Source: an uncultured Spirochaetia bacterium | GTDB lineage: Bacteria > Desulfobacterota_D > UBA1144 > Nemesobacterales > JADFKM01 | DNA: 64,000 nt | Reading direction: 5' to 3' | Assembly (NCBI GenBank): GCA_964639895.1 | Contig: CAZXEJ010000006.1 | Span: 29-64,028 of the forward strand | In this document: positions 32,268 through 41,964 of the stretch, piece after piece | Layout: each line of letters begins with the position of its first letter | Position numbering within the stretch: position 1 is the stretch's first letter | The notes under the pieces: model-generated | What the model saw: only the letters and a program-made list of their open reading frames with translations | Database searches by the model: none | Told to the model about the DNA's origin: nothing | Position numbers and translations under genes: made by a program

Positions 32268-33071
32268 ATGAGGATAGAGGTGTTGGCCATAGGGCGAGAG
32301 ATTCTGTCGGGCAGGACGCTCGATACCAATTCCCACTGGATAGCTCGTCAGGTTGCCTCACTGGGCGGTCGCCTGAGCAGGATTGCCGCCGTCGATGACG
32401 ACGAGACGGAGATAGTCTCGGAGATCGCTTCCGCCCGGGATCGCGGCGTGTCGGTGCTCATCACCACGGGCGGCCTGGGCCCGACGAGCGACGACAAGAC
32501 GCTTGCCGCCATAGCCGCCGCAGCAGGTCTGGATCTGGTCGAGTGCGCATCGGCACTCAGGTTCGTTTCGAGCCGCTACGAGGAGTTTCACGCCGCGGGT
32601 CACGTCGATTCACCCATCCTTACCCCCGAACGGAGGAAGATGGCGCTGCTCCCGCGGGGAAGCCTGTGGCTTGACAACGCCGTCGGGGCCGCTCCCGGTG
32701 TGAGGTTGACGTTGGATGGCATGACGGTGTTCGCCCTGCCCGGTGTTCCGGCGGAGATGAAAGACATCTTCACGCGCCACGTCATTGAGCATCTGCGCCG
32801 CCTTCTTGAGGGCAGGGTGCTTCTCGAGTGCAGGGTTGTGACGGGTATCGGGGACGAATCGGTGCTCGGCCCCATACTCGACGCCGTTGCCGGGAGCGTG
32901 CCGGGAGTGTACCTGAAGTCCACCCCCCGGAGGTTCGGGCAGGAAGAGGGGATCGAGGTCTACATATCGGTCTGGGGTGAGGACGAGGACCTCTCGCGAC
33001 GGAAGCTTACCGAGGCGAAAGATATGTTGCTACGCTTGGCAGCCGAGCGCGGGGGGCGGTGTCGCAGTTGA
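32268..33071 (+). CDS. Stand-alone CinA N-terminal (COG1058, molybdopterin-binding-like) protein
   Basis: IGREILSGRTLDTNS, VDDD, TTGGLGPTSDDKT, GAAPG, LPGVPAEM; no C-terminal PncC domain. Confidence 0.88.
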   Translation: MRIEVLAIGREILSGRTLDTNSHWIARQVASLGGRLSRIAAVDDDETEIVSEIASARDRGVSVLITTGGLGPTSDDKTLAAIAAAAGLDLVECASALRFVSSRYEEFHAAGHVDSPILTPERRKMALLPRGSLWLDNAVGAAPGVRLTLDGMTVFALPGVPAEMKDIFTRHVIEHLRRLLEGRVLLECRVVTGIGDESVLGPILDAVAGSVPGVYLKSTPRRFGQEEGIEVYISVWGEDEDLSRRKLTEAKDMLLRLAAERGGRCRS

Positions 33072-33401
33072 TTGACGTAGGCGACGGCTCCGCGTGCGTG
33101 CGGCTCTTCGTCGTCTGGAAATCTTGTCGCAAGGCCGAATCCGCTATGTGCGGACAAGCCGGTTCCGATGTGCGGCAGGATGCCCGATTAAATCCCCTTT
33201 TCGGCCCACTGTTGCGCGACCCGGCAGACGGGGCAACAGGATCGGAAGCCCCAAGCTCCCGCTCGTCGGACCAACTTGACGGGCGGCCCCGCTTGAAGCC
33301 TGCGCATCTTCTCGGCCACCCTGAGGCCGCCTAGGTCTGCTCGGGCATAGAGACGCTTCGGGGCGTACGGCAACGTACCTACGATGCTACTACACCTGAG
33401 C

Positions 33402-33764
33402 CTAGTAGTCGTAGAACGAGAAGTTGAAGCTCATGTAAGGCACGGCCGGGTATGGGTAGTAGTAGTAGGGTGAATACCAGACCGGCGGTACGAACACGAC
33501 GGCTGCGGGCCACGGGTAGAAGTGGTGCCTGTGTCGAAAGGCGTAATATCTGTGGCGAATGAACGGCCTGTGGTGGCGGTACCAATGGTGGGCTCGGTGG
33601 TGGAAGTGATGCCTGCGGGCGTGGACGTATCTGTGGTTATACCGTGCCGCCGGGTGATGCGCCCTGTAGCCCAGTCTTCCTCTCCCGTCGGCGTAGGTCG
33701 TCGCAGCACCCAGCATCGCTGTTGCCAGGAGAAGAAGGAGTGCGTATGCAGATGCTCTTTTCAT
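33402..33764 (-). CDS. Secreted His/Arg/Tyr-rich low-complexity small protein
   Basis: GGAGG RBS, Sec-type signal peptide (MKR..LLLLL..TYA), His/Arg-rich middle, Tyr/Pro-rich C-terminus. Confidence 0.75.
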   Translation of the reverse strand: MKRASAYALLLLLATAMLGAATTYADGRGRLGYRAHHPAARYNHRYVHARRHHFHHRAHHWYRHHRPFIRHRYYAFRHRHHFYPWPAAVVFVPPVWYSPYYYYPYPAVPYMSFNFSFYDY

Positions 33765-33972
33765 CCTGTGCTACCTCCCGTTGTCGGGTGTCCTATAGAA
33801 TTAAACCGGTGTAGTTGGCGGTTGGTTGCTTCGGAGTGGAGAAAGGAGACGAAGCTGTGCCGGTCGCCCCGATGGGGGGTCCTCAGCCGCACCCCAGCGC
33901 GCTCTCGTCCCGGATCTCCCTCCTCTCTCACCGTTTCCTCCTGCCACGGCGGGGTCGGGCGCGTGGGGCGTC

Positions 33973-36060
33973 TCAGCGGCCGGCGATCCATTTCTTCAGC
34001 TGATCGATCCCCCTCTTGCTTCCAACCACCGTCAGTCTGTCACCCTCCTTTAGTACGGTGTCTTCATCCGGTACCATGAACTCTCCGTTCCTTTGGATCA
34101 ACGCCACCGCGGTACGTTCGGGCACGGGCAGCGAAGCGACCTTCTGTCCGATGAATGCCGACGTGGGAGAAGACCTCTCGACGGTGACCGCCGTAAAGCG
34201 GTCGCGCATTAGCAGCGTCTCCTTGAGCTCCTGTTCGTTACGGTCCCGGAGCCATTCATCCATGAAATCGTCGTCGTCGACGCGTTCAGCTATGTGCGCC
34301 AGAATGCGCAGGTGCAGGCCGGCGTCGTCCTCGGGGCTGAGGAGGAAGAAGAAGGCGTGTATGGCACTCTCCTCGTTCCCCGCGCCAAGCGTTTCGTCGA
34401 GCTCCACGCTGACTCCTTCTCTGGAGCGGGCAATGAAGAGTTGGGGAGAGTCTACATGGGGCGTCCTCATGTGGGGGAGTGCGACTCCGTGTGAGACAGG
34501 GGTGGCGCCCACGCGTGTGCCCTGCATGAACCCACGTGACAGCGTCTCTGCGTCGGCGGCCGTTATGGAGGCGAAATACTCGGCGGCTCGTCTTACGATG
34601 TCGGCGAATCCTTCTCCCTCTTGGACCTCGACGATTCTTGCCCCCGCCACGACGTCGCTGAACGGGTCGTGTTCGCGAAGACCTTTCTCCTTGAGGATCT
34701 CTCTCAGCTCGCTGTCCAGGGCGTCGTAGCGCAGCCCCCCCAGCCGCGCGAAGATGTGGAATATGGCACCCGTGCGTGCCACCCTTGCTCGGGCGTAGAG
34801 GCGGTACCACAGTAGGCATGCGCACACTAGTGCCGCAACGACCGCCACAACGCGTGCTCCCAGTTCACCCACTAGAAGCAGCGATATGGCTATACCTCCT
34901 ATCTGTACCCAGGGGTAGAGGGGTGATTTGTAGCCGGGGTCGTACGACGGAATCCTGCTCTCCCGCATGACGATGAGGGCTGCACATATGAGGATGAGCA
35001 TCATGAGCTGGAATGCGCTTGCCAGTTTGGCTATCTTCAACGGATCGAAGGCCAGCAGGAACACGACCGTGACGGCCACGGTGGCGGCAATCGAGTACTT
35101 GGGGGTCTTGAAGCGCGAGTAGCGGCGGAACAGCGTGGGCAGAAGCCCGTCGCGGCTCATGGCCATGGGGTAGCGCGAGGCGCTGAGTATGCCCGCGTTC
35201 GCTACCGATGTGAATGCGAGCATTGCGGCGAGCGACATAAGCCACAGGCCGACCGTCCCCAGGATCTTTGTGCCCGCCGTGGCGACTGGAGTCAGGTCTC
35301 CCCTCAACTCTTCGAGCGGTATCACGCCCACCATCACCAACGTCCCACCCACGTATATTACAACGGCCACCAGCATCGCCAGGATGATACCCCTCGGCAG
35401 GTTGCGCTCGGGGTCCTTGATCTCTTCTACGACGCTGGCGACCTTGGTCACTCCGACGTAGCTTATGTATACGAGCCCCGCCGTCGAGAGGATCGAATGA
35501 GGGGTCTCGTCGAACATCCCCGCCAAATTGGATGCCGCTACCCTCGGTAGACCGGCCGTGATGAACCCGACTAGGATAACGATCAGAACGCCCACCAGTG
35601 CGATCTGGAAGGTTCCCGACTCCTTTGCGCCCAACAGGTTGATGAGGCCGAACAACAGTGTGAGGGCGACGGCGACGGAGACGATGTCGAGCCGGGGAAA
35701 GAGAAGATGCAGATATGCTCCCATTCCAATTAATGCGAATGCGGTCTTGAGGATGAGTGCCAGCCAGGTGCCGAAGCCTCCTATGGTTCCCGCCACCGGC
35801 CCGAGGCTGCGATCGACGAAATAGTAGGCGCCGCCGGCTCGAGGCATGGCCGTGCCCAGCTCCGATATGCTGAACACCGCAGGCAGGACGGGTAGGGCGG
35901 CCAGAAGGTAGCTTAGTACTATGGCCGGCCCGGCTTCTCGTGCCGCTATGCCGGGGAGGAGGAAGAAGCCTGCACTGAGCGTGGTGCCTGCGGCGATTGC
36001 GAATACGTAAGGAAGGGTGAGTTCCTTCTTGAGCCTGTCTTTCCTATGGACTCTTATCAT
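33973..36060 (-). CDS. APC-family amino acid permease fused to PTS EIIA and TrkA-C (RCK_C) domains
   Basis: About 12 TM APC core (AGFFLLPG, ELGTAMPRAGGAY, EEIKDPERNLP), EIIA motif TPVSHGVALPH, C-terminal IQRNGEFMVPDEDTVLKEGDRLTVVG. Confidence 0.9.
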   Translation of the reverse strand: MIRVHRKDRLKKELTLPYVFAIAAGTTLSAGFFLLPGIAAREAGPAIVLSYLLAALPVLPAVFSISELGTAMPRAGGAYYFVDRSLGPVAGTIGGFGTWLALILKTAFALIGMGAYLHLLFPRLDIVSVAVALTLLFGLINLLGAKESGTFQIALVGVLIVILVGFITAGLPRVAASNLAGMFDETPHSILSTAGLVYISYVGVTKVASVVEEIKDPERNLPRGIILAMLVAVVIYVGGTLVMVGVIPLEELRGDLTPVATAGTKILGTVGLWLMSLAAMLAFTSVANAGILSASRYPMAMSRDGLLPTLFRRYSRFKTPKYSIAATVAVTVVFLLAFDPLKIAKLASAFQLMMLILICAALIVMRESRIPSYDPGYKSPLYPWVQIGGIAISLLLVGELGARVVAVVAALVCACLLWYRLYARARVARTGAIFHIFARLGGLRYDALDSELREILKEKGLREHDPFSDVVAGARIVEVQEGEGFADIVRRAAEYFASITAADAETLSRGFMQGTRVGATPVSHGVALPHMRTPHVDSPQLFIARSREGVSVELDETLGAGNEESAIHAFFFLLSPEDDAGLHLRILAHIAERVDDDDFMDEWLRDRNEQELKETLLMRDRFTAVTVERSSPTSAFIGQKVASLPVPERTAVALIQRNGEFMVPDEDTVLKEGDRLTVVGSKRGIDQLKKWIAGR

Positions 36061-36415
36061 CTGTGCTCGTCGTCCCGGCAGCGCAACGTTTAAGCATCCC
36101 CCCTGCTGAAGGTGGGACCTGTACATCACATCTTAACCCATGAAGGGACCGGTTGTGAATGCCGTGAAACCACCGAAGGCTTGGGAGGCGCCCTGGAGTC
36201 GGTGGTGCCGATCGAGGATGGGCGAAGATGGTATAGGACGGCTTGCGCATACAGCGCCGAGGCGAAGTCTTCCCCCCCTCCCTACGAAAGGGCCCCCTGC
36301 CGGTGGTCGTACGGCTCGAATAAGGCCGTTGCCTTTTCTCCACGTGCTACGTGTGAGTGGATTTCAGGGGGAGACCTTCAAGAGGTTTACAATAGACTCA
36401 ACAGACCGGGGGCGG

Positions 36416-36838
36416 TCAGCGGAGTACGCCTGCTGTCGACAGCTCGAACGAGGTGCTGACGTCGTTCACAATAACGGTATACATGCCGTCGTCGAGATTG
36501 TAGGTCTCGAGGGGGACGACCTCTTCATAGGCCTTGAGCGCCAACGTACACTCGACGTCCGGGTCGCGCTTTGTGGTGATGGTCACGTTGATCACGCGAT
36601 TCGAGACGTCCTGGTAGACCTGGTCGATCTTCGTGCACCCGTCGGGGAGGTAACCCCTTACGACCACGTACACCTCGGGCGGTGAATCGCTTGTTTCTTC
36701 GACCTCTATCGTGTCCACCTGGGCCGTGGATACTACAGTGGCCGAGAGAGGGGCGAGGTCTTCCGAAGAGCACGCTGCCAGCATGAAAACGGCCAGCCCC
36801 AATGCGAGCGCGCCCAGCATATGAATGTACAAGGTCAT
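36416..36838 (-). CDS. Lipoprotein with a beta-rich two-Cys domain
   Basis: Lipobox LAAC; GYLPDGC...CTLAL...GMYTVIVN; coding-like codon usage; upstream promoter. Confidence 0.75.
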   Translation of the reverse strand: MTLYIHMLGALALGLAVFMLAACSSEDLAPLSATVVSTAQVDTIEVEETSDSPPEVYVVVRGYLPDGCTKIDQVYQDVSNRVINVTITTKRDPDVECTLALKAYEEVVPLETYNLDDGMYTVIVNDVSTSFELSTAGVLR

Positions 36839-36955
36839 GATCTTCTGTGTATCGAAGCCCGCGCGGATGTGCCCATACCGAAATGGAGCCCGCCGGTGTC
36901 TGACTTGCCGGCCGCAGGCATCCAAGCAACGGCCGCGCGTGGGTTCAAGTTCTTT

Positions 36956-36983
36956 ATTATCAGCTATTTGATTCTTCTGTCAA
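36956..36983 (-). promoter_or_regulatory. Putative sigma70 promoter of the lipoprotein gene
   Basis: Minus strand reads TTGACA-16 nt-GATAAT. Confidence 0.6.
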
Positions 36984-37601
36984 GTATGCCCCGGAAGAGC
37001 GCAGTGCGGGCTTGAGAGAGGCTTGCTGCGGCCCTGTGTTTTGACGGCCCGGTTGGATGCCGCTTGCAGCTGCATAACCTCTCGGCTGCGTTGCGGGCCT
37101 ATCGTCACGGCCTGTGCGTGCTTGGCTGCACACCGGCCGCTGCAGATTCCCCCCGGCGAGTTCATGTCCCGCAAGCCGGCCCATCCCCCCTCCTCAACGG
37201 GGCCGGACACGCTCGGTCTCGGGGGCCCCCTACGGCGATGGATGTGCTGTCGGGTGGCTCGTACGGCTGCGCCCATCCGGTTTCCACCCAACCGGGCGCG
37301 GACCCTACCGCCTTCTTGAACCACTACCGGCCCGTCCGTCGGGTCCCAGACCTGATGTTGGTCTTCAGCTATGACTTCTTGGCGCTTGCGATGGCGACCG
37401 ATATTCCTCTTCACTCTTGATCGCAGGCGGTGGGCCGTTCTTTATAACCCCACTCCCCTGTGATACAATACCTACCGTATCGTTTGCCTCGGTGTGGGTG
37501 GCGTAGGGACTGGCCTCTTCGGCCACCCGCTTCCCCACGGAGGTGGCCGATACGCCTGGGCGCCTTTACGTGATTCCCTTCCAGGAACGGGTGAAGAGAC
37601 A

Positions 37602-38492
37602 TTGCCCCACACTCATTCCGCTTCGGCCGAGAACAAGAAAAAACTGCTGCTCGTTTTCCTTCTGACCACCTTCTACATGATGGTCGAGGTCGTGGGCGGT
37701 CTCGTGACCAACAGCCTGGCTCTTCTGGCCGATGCGGCTCACATGTTCACCGATGCGGGCGCCCTTGGACTGGCGCTACTTGCGGTCTGGTACGGAGGCA
37801 GGGACGCCACGCCGGAGAAGACTTACGGCTATTACAGGGCCGAGATCCTGGCCGCCTTGACCAATTCCGTCATTCTACTCGTCATCTCGCTCTACATTTT
37901 CTACGAGGCGTGGCAGCGGTTTAAGAACCCGACCCCTGTCATGGGGCTGCCCATGTTGGTCATAGCATCGCTGGGATTGGTGGTCAACCTGGTGGGCCTC
38001 TACGTGCTCTACCACTCGTCCAAGGCGAGCTTGAACGTGCGCGGCGCCTATCTGGAGCTCCTGAGTGATACGCTGGGTTCGTTGGGTGTCATAGGGGCGA
38101 GTGTCGTGATAATGGTTACGGGATGGCAGTTGATCGACCTCATCATGAGTGTAGGGATAGGCCTCTTCATAATCCCGAGAACGGTCAATCTGCTGAACGA
38201 GGCAGTCCACATATTGATGGAGGGGACGCCGAGGCGGATTGACATCGACGAGGTGAGAAGGGCTATTGCTTCCGTGCGGGGTGTGAAGGGGCTCCACGAC
38301 GTACACGTCTGGACGCTGACGTCCGGCGTTGACGCTATGAGCGCCCACGTGGTCGTTGATGACCTGAGTGAGGGCAACAGGCTGCTGCACGAGCTTGAGA
38401 CGATGTTGAGAGACAAGTTCGACATCCACCATACGACCATCCAGTTGGAGGAGGGGCAGGAAATGGAGCACGCCGCGGGCTCGTGCCGGTAG
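37602..38492 (+). CDS. Cation diffusion facilitator (CzcD/ZitB-like Zn/Co/Cd exporter)
   Basis: SLALLADAAHMFTD, TYGYYRAEIL, HDVHVWTL, HHTTIQLE; TTG start inferred. Confidence 0.93.
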   Translation: MPHTHSASAENKKKLLLVFLLTTFYMMVEVVGGLVTNSLALLADAAHMFTDAGALGLALLAVWYGGRDATPEKTYGYYRAEILAALTNSVILLVISLYIFYEAWQRFKNPTPVMGLPMLVIASLGLVVNLVGLYVLYHSSKASLNVRGAYLELLSDTLGSLGVIGASVVIMVTGWQLIDLIMSVGIGLFIIPRTVNLLNEAVHILMEGTPRRIDIDEVRRAIASVRGVKGLHDVHVWTLTSGVDAMSAHVVVDDLSEGNRLLHELETMLRDKFDIHHTTIQLEEGQEMEHAAGSCR

Positions 38493-38783
38493 GGTTGGCC
38501 GCCCCATGGTGCTTTAGCGGGGAGTGGGGGAGGTTTTTTGCCAGGCGACTCCTGCGGTCGGGCGAAGTTGCAGCTAATCCCGTGCGGGCGAACGGTGCGT
38601 GCTGCACGCCCTGTAGCTGTAAAGACTTCTGCCGGGAGGGGCAGTGGCCGTCCCGTACCGACGCCCCTGATGTGCACGAGGGACGGGGCCGGCCCGCCCG
38701 TGGCCAGGGGTAGATAAGGGTGTCTTACTCGTGCAGGTAAGGTTGTTGCGACCGAGGGCATTGCACGGAGGGAGGTATAGACG

Positions 38784-40556
38784 GTGAACTTCATACGAAG
38801 GCTGTTTGCCATATTTGGAATGATATCGCTGCTGCTCTTTCTCCTGGTGGTGGTATCTGCCGCCCTCTTGGCGTGGTTCGGTACCCGTATCGAGCAAGGC
38901 ACGGTGCTCGAACTGAACCTCGAGCGCCGCTACGTTGAGTATGCCGGTACGGACGTCGTCGGTAGGTTGCTGGGAGGCGCCGCCCCGACGGTGTTGGGGG
39001 TGGTACGTGCGCTGGATGCAGCGTCGCGTGACGATAGAGTGATAGGTCTCGTGGCCAAGGTGGGCGAGGACACCAATCTCGGCTTCGCCCAGGTACAGGA
39101 GATACGCGATGCCGTGGCCCGCTTTCGTCGAAGCGGAAAGAGGACCGTTGCATGGTCGGAGAGCTTCGGCGAATTCGGTCCCGGCAACAGGGCCTACTAT
39201 CTGGCCACCGCCTTCGAGCACATATACCTTACTCCCTCGGGTGATCTGGGGCTCACGGGAATGGTGTTCGCCAGCCCCTTCGTGGCGGGTACGCTCGACA
39301 AGTTGGGTGTCCGTCCCCAACTCGGAAAGCGGGGCCGTTACAAGAACGCCGTCAATCTGTTTACGGAGCGACGCTTCACGAAGGCTCACAGAGAGTCGGT
39401 CGAGGATCTGATGCATTCGCTTTTCGTACAGCTGCTCGACGGTGTGGGCGACGCCAGGGGGATGGGTAGGGACCGGGTGAAGGCGATCGTCGACGGCGGT
39501 CCCTATACGGCGCGCGAGGCCCTTGAGAAGGGTCTCGTGGACGGCCTCCTCTACCGCGACGAGGTGTATGACGGGCTTGAGCGCGCTTCCGACGTCAAGG
39601 TCCATTTCCTCGATCTGTTCACCTATCTCGCACGCGTGGGAGGCGAGTGGTCCGAAGGCGACGAGGAAGTGGCCGTCGTCTACGGCTCAGGCACCATCAG
39701 AAGGGGCTCGAGCGGTTACGACCCGCTGTTCGGCACGACGTCCATGGGGTCGACCACTGTTGCCAAGGCCGTAAGGGACGCCGCCGGTGACAAAGGGGTC
39801 AAGGCCATCGTTTTCAGGGTAGACAGCCCGGGCGGTTCGGTGGTGGCATCCGACATCATATGGAGGGAGCTGGTCAAGGCGCGCCAGCAGGGCAAACCGG
39901 TGGTCGTCTCCATGGGCAACTATGCGGCCTCGGGTGGCTACTGGGTATCGACCGCCGCAGACCGCATAGTTGCCGAGCCCGGTACGATTACGGGATCCAT
40001 CGGTGTCTTCGCAGGCAAGTTCTATGCAAGGAAGTTCTGGGGAATGCTCGGCGTTACATGGGACGAGGTCCACACGAGCCGCAACTCCCTGCTCTGGTCG
40101 TCCCTAGTTCCATATGACGATGAACAGTGGAAGATAGTACAACGATGGCTCGACGGCATCTACGACGAGTTCATCTCCCGCGTGGCAGAGGCGCGTGGGA
40201 TGCCCGTCGCCCAGGTTAGAAAGATAGCGGAGGGGAAGGTGTGGTCAGGGGCTCAGGCGAAGGCACTGGGTCTTGTTGATGAACTGGGTGGAATGAAGGA
40301 GGCGGTGGATCTGGCCAAGAAGCTCGCGGGAATCGCTCCCGAGGCCAAGGTGCGCCTCGTGTTCTACCCTCGTCCCAAACCCCTGTGGAAGAGTGTGCTC
40401 GAGCTTGTCACGGGGGAGCATCCGGATGACGGCGGAGTCGTCTACTTCGACGATGTCCGCCGTGTGGCGGTCTCCGTCGCGCCGTTGCTGAGTGGGGCCA
40501 CGCGGGCGCTGAGGCCGGCCGATACGGCGCTTCTCATGCCGGGTGTCCTGGAGTAG
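38784..40556 (+). CDS. sppA: Signal peptide peptidase SppA (long, two-domain type)
   Basis: YYLATA, RYKNA, RVDSPGGS, SMGNYAASGGY, TITGSIGV, AEGKVWSG. Confidence 0.95.
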   Translation: MNFIRRLFAIFGMISLLLFLLVVVSAALLAWFGTRIEQGTVLELNLERRYVEYAGTDVVGRLLGGAAPTVLGVVRALDAASRDDRVIGLVAKVGEDTNLGFAQVQEIRDAVARFRRSGKRTVAWSESFGEFGPGNRAYYLATAFEHIYLTPSGDLGLTGMVFASPFVAGTLDKLGVRPQLGKRGRYKNAVNLFTERRFTKAHRESVEDLMHSLFVQLLDGVGDARGMGRDRVKAIVDGGPYTAREALEKGLVDGLLYRDEVYDGLERASDVKVHFLDLFTYLARVGGEWSEGDEEVAVVYGSGTIRRGSSGYDPLFGTTSMGSTTVAKAVRDAAGDKGVKAIVFRVDSPGGSVVASDIIWRELVKARQQGKPVVVSMGNYAASGGYWVSTAADRIVAEPGTITGSIGVFAGKFYARKFWGMLGVTWDEVHTSRNSLLWSSLVPYDDEQWKIVQRWLDGIYDEFISRVAEARGMPVAQVRKIAEGKVWSGAQAKALGLVDELGGMKEAVDLAKKLAGIAPEAKVRLVFYPRPKPLWKSVLELVTGEHPDDGGVVYFDDVRRVAVSVAPLLSGATRALRPADTALLMPGVLE

Positions 40557-40732
40557 GGGGGAGTCGGTACCATCCGGACCGAAGCCCGGACGAGACTTGG
40601 TTTGTAGGACGCTATCTTCTGATGGGATTACAAGGGGTTGTGTTGCATGTTTGAGGCTGCAGTTTAGATAATATGAGATATAGCTTCAAGTAGTAATAAT
40701 ATTGCCCTGGTATCGCAGGGTATTCCCCGCGC

Positions 40733-41575
40733 TCAGGTGCCTCTTCCCTCCTTCCTCAGCCCCTTGAGCGTCGATACGTCTTCGGCCAATCCGTCCGGTG
40801 TTGTCTCCACCACGACGTCGATTCCGCTCAGCCTCTCTGCCGTAACCAGTGCTCTGAACCCTTCGAGCCCTATCTTGCCACGACCAATGTGCTCGTGTCG
40901 ATCCTTCCTTTCCCCCAGACCCACCTTGGAATCGTTTGCGTGGAATAGTTTGAGCTTCTCCAGCCCCACGACGGCGTCGAAGCGGTCGAGCATCTCGTCG
41001 AAGGCTTCAATGGTCCGTATGTCGTAGCCTGAGGCGAGAAGGTGTGCCGTGTCGAGGCAGACGCCCACGTTTGGATGCCGAACCCGGCTCAATATGAGCG
41101 CCAGTTCCTCGAACGTATCGCCGATGATCGTTCCCTGGCCCGCCGTATTCTCTATCAGCAGATAGGGGGTGAATTCCGTCGACTCCACGATATATCTTAC
41201 TCCCTCCACCACCCGTGCGACTGCTTCTTCCCTCGAGCCGTCGCGGGCACTGCCGGGATGGAACACCACCGAGTGGACTCCGAGCTTTGTGCCGCGCTGG
41301 AGGTCTTCGCTGATGATGGAAGCGGAGTTTTCCCGCAGCTCCTTCTTTTCGGATGCGAGGTTGATGTAGTAGGGAACGTGTATGTAGCTGTTACTTATCC
41401 CGTGGTTCTCGCACTCTTCCTTGAAGCCCTGAACCACTTCTTCCGTAAGTGGTGGAGCCTTGCCCCCGCGCGGAGAGCGCGAGAATATCTGCAGGCACTC
41501 GCAACCGGCTTCATGGGCCCGTTTGGGTGCCTTGTGTATTCCTCCGGCTATGGAGACATGGGCCCCTATGTGCAC
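40733..41575 (-). CDS. nfo: Endonuclease IV
   Basis: IGAHVSIAGG, HVPYYINLAS, VFHPGS, ENTAGQG, CLDTAH, HANDSK, DRHEHIGRG. Confidence 0.96.
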   Translation of the reverse strand: MHIGAHVSIAGGIHKAPKRAHEAGCECLQIFSRSPRGGKAPPLTEEVVQGFKEECENHGISNSYIHVPYYINLASEKKELRENSASIISEDLQRGTKLGVHSVVFHPGSARDGSREEAVARVVEGVRYIVESTEFTPYLLIENTAGQGTIIGDTFEELALILSRVRHPNVGVCLDTAHLLASGYDIRTIEAFDEMLDRFDAVVGLEKLKLFHANDSKVGLGERKDRHEHIGRGKIGLEGFRALVTAERLSGIDVVVETTPDGLAEDVSTLKGLRKEGRGT

Positions 41576-41751
41576 ATCGAGACCTCCCCCTAGGCTTACC
41601 GGCGCTCCGCGTCCGGCTCAAAGGTTGATTATAGCGGCTGAGCTCGCCGATGGCAAAGTCGTATTCAATTACCCCCCCGCTCGTACGTTCCTACCGGAGG
41701 GGGGCTGGAAGGGAGATAAGCCCTTATTTTGGGTCAGGGAGACGAGTGCGG

Positions 41752-41964
41752 TCAACGGACCTCTTCGAACCACTTCTCGAGCCATTGCTTGCCGCTTTCC
41801 GCAAGCTCCCTGCTCGACACGTGGCTTACGTATCTGTCGTCGACGAATAGGGCCCAGTAACACGGACCCTCGGTTCTCTCGTCCCCGTGGACGAGAACGG
41901 TACCGTCGTCCGGGTCGAACGGCTGGATGTCAACGGTTATGGGTTCTACTCTTATATCGATCAT
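41752..41964 (-). CDS. Small hypothetical protein
   Basis: 70-aa ORF with natural composition (PFDPDDGTVLVHGDE...WLEKWFEE) and coding-like codon usage; upstream of nfo in the same orientation. Confidence 0.65.
   Translation of the reverse strand: MIDIRVEPITVDIQPFDPDDGTVLVHGDERTEGPCYWALFVDDRYVSHVSSRELAESGKQWLEKWFEEVR

Noticed and set aside
36980-37420. Overlapping ORFs on both strands upstream of the CDF gene
   Set aside because: No motif, RBS or consistent codon bias; at most an unidentifiable pseudogene.
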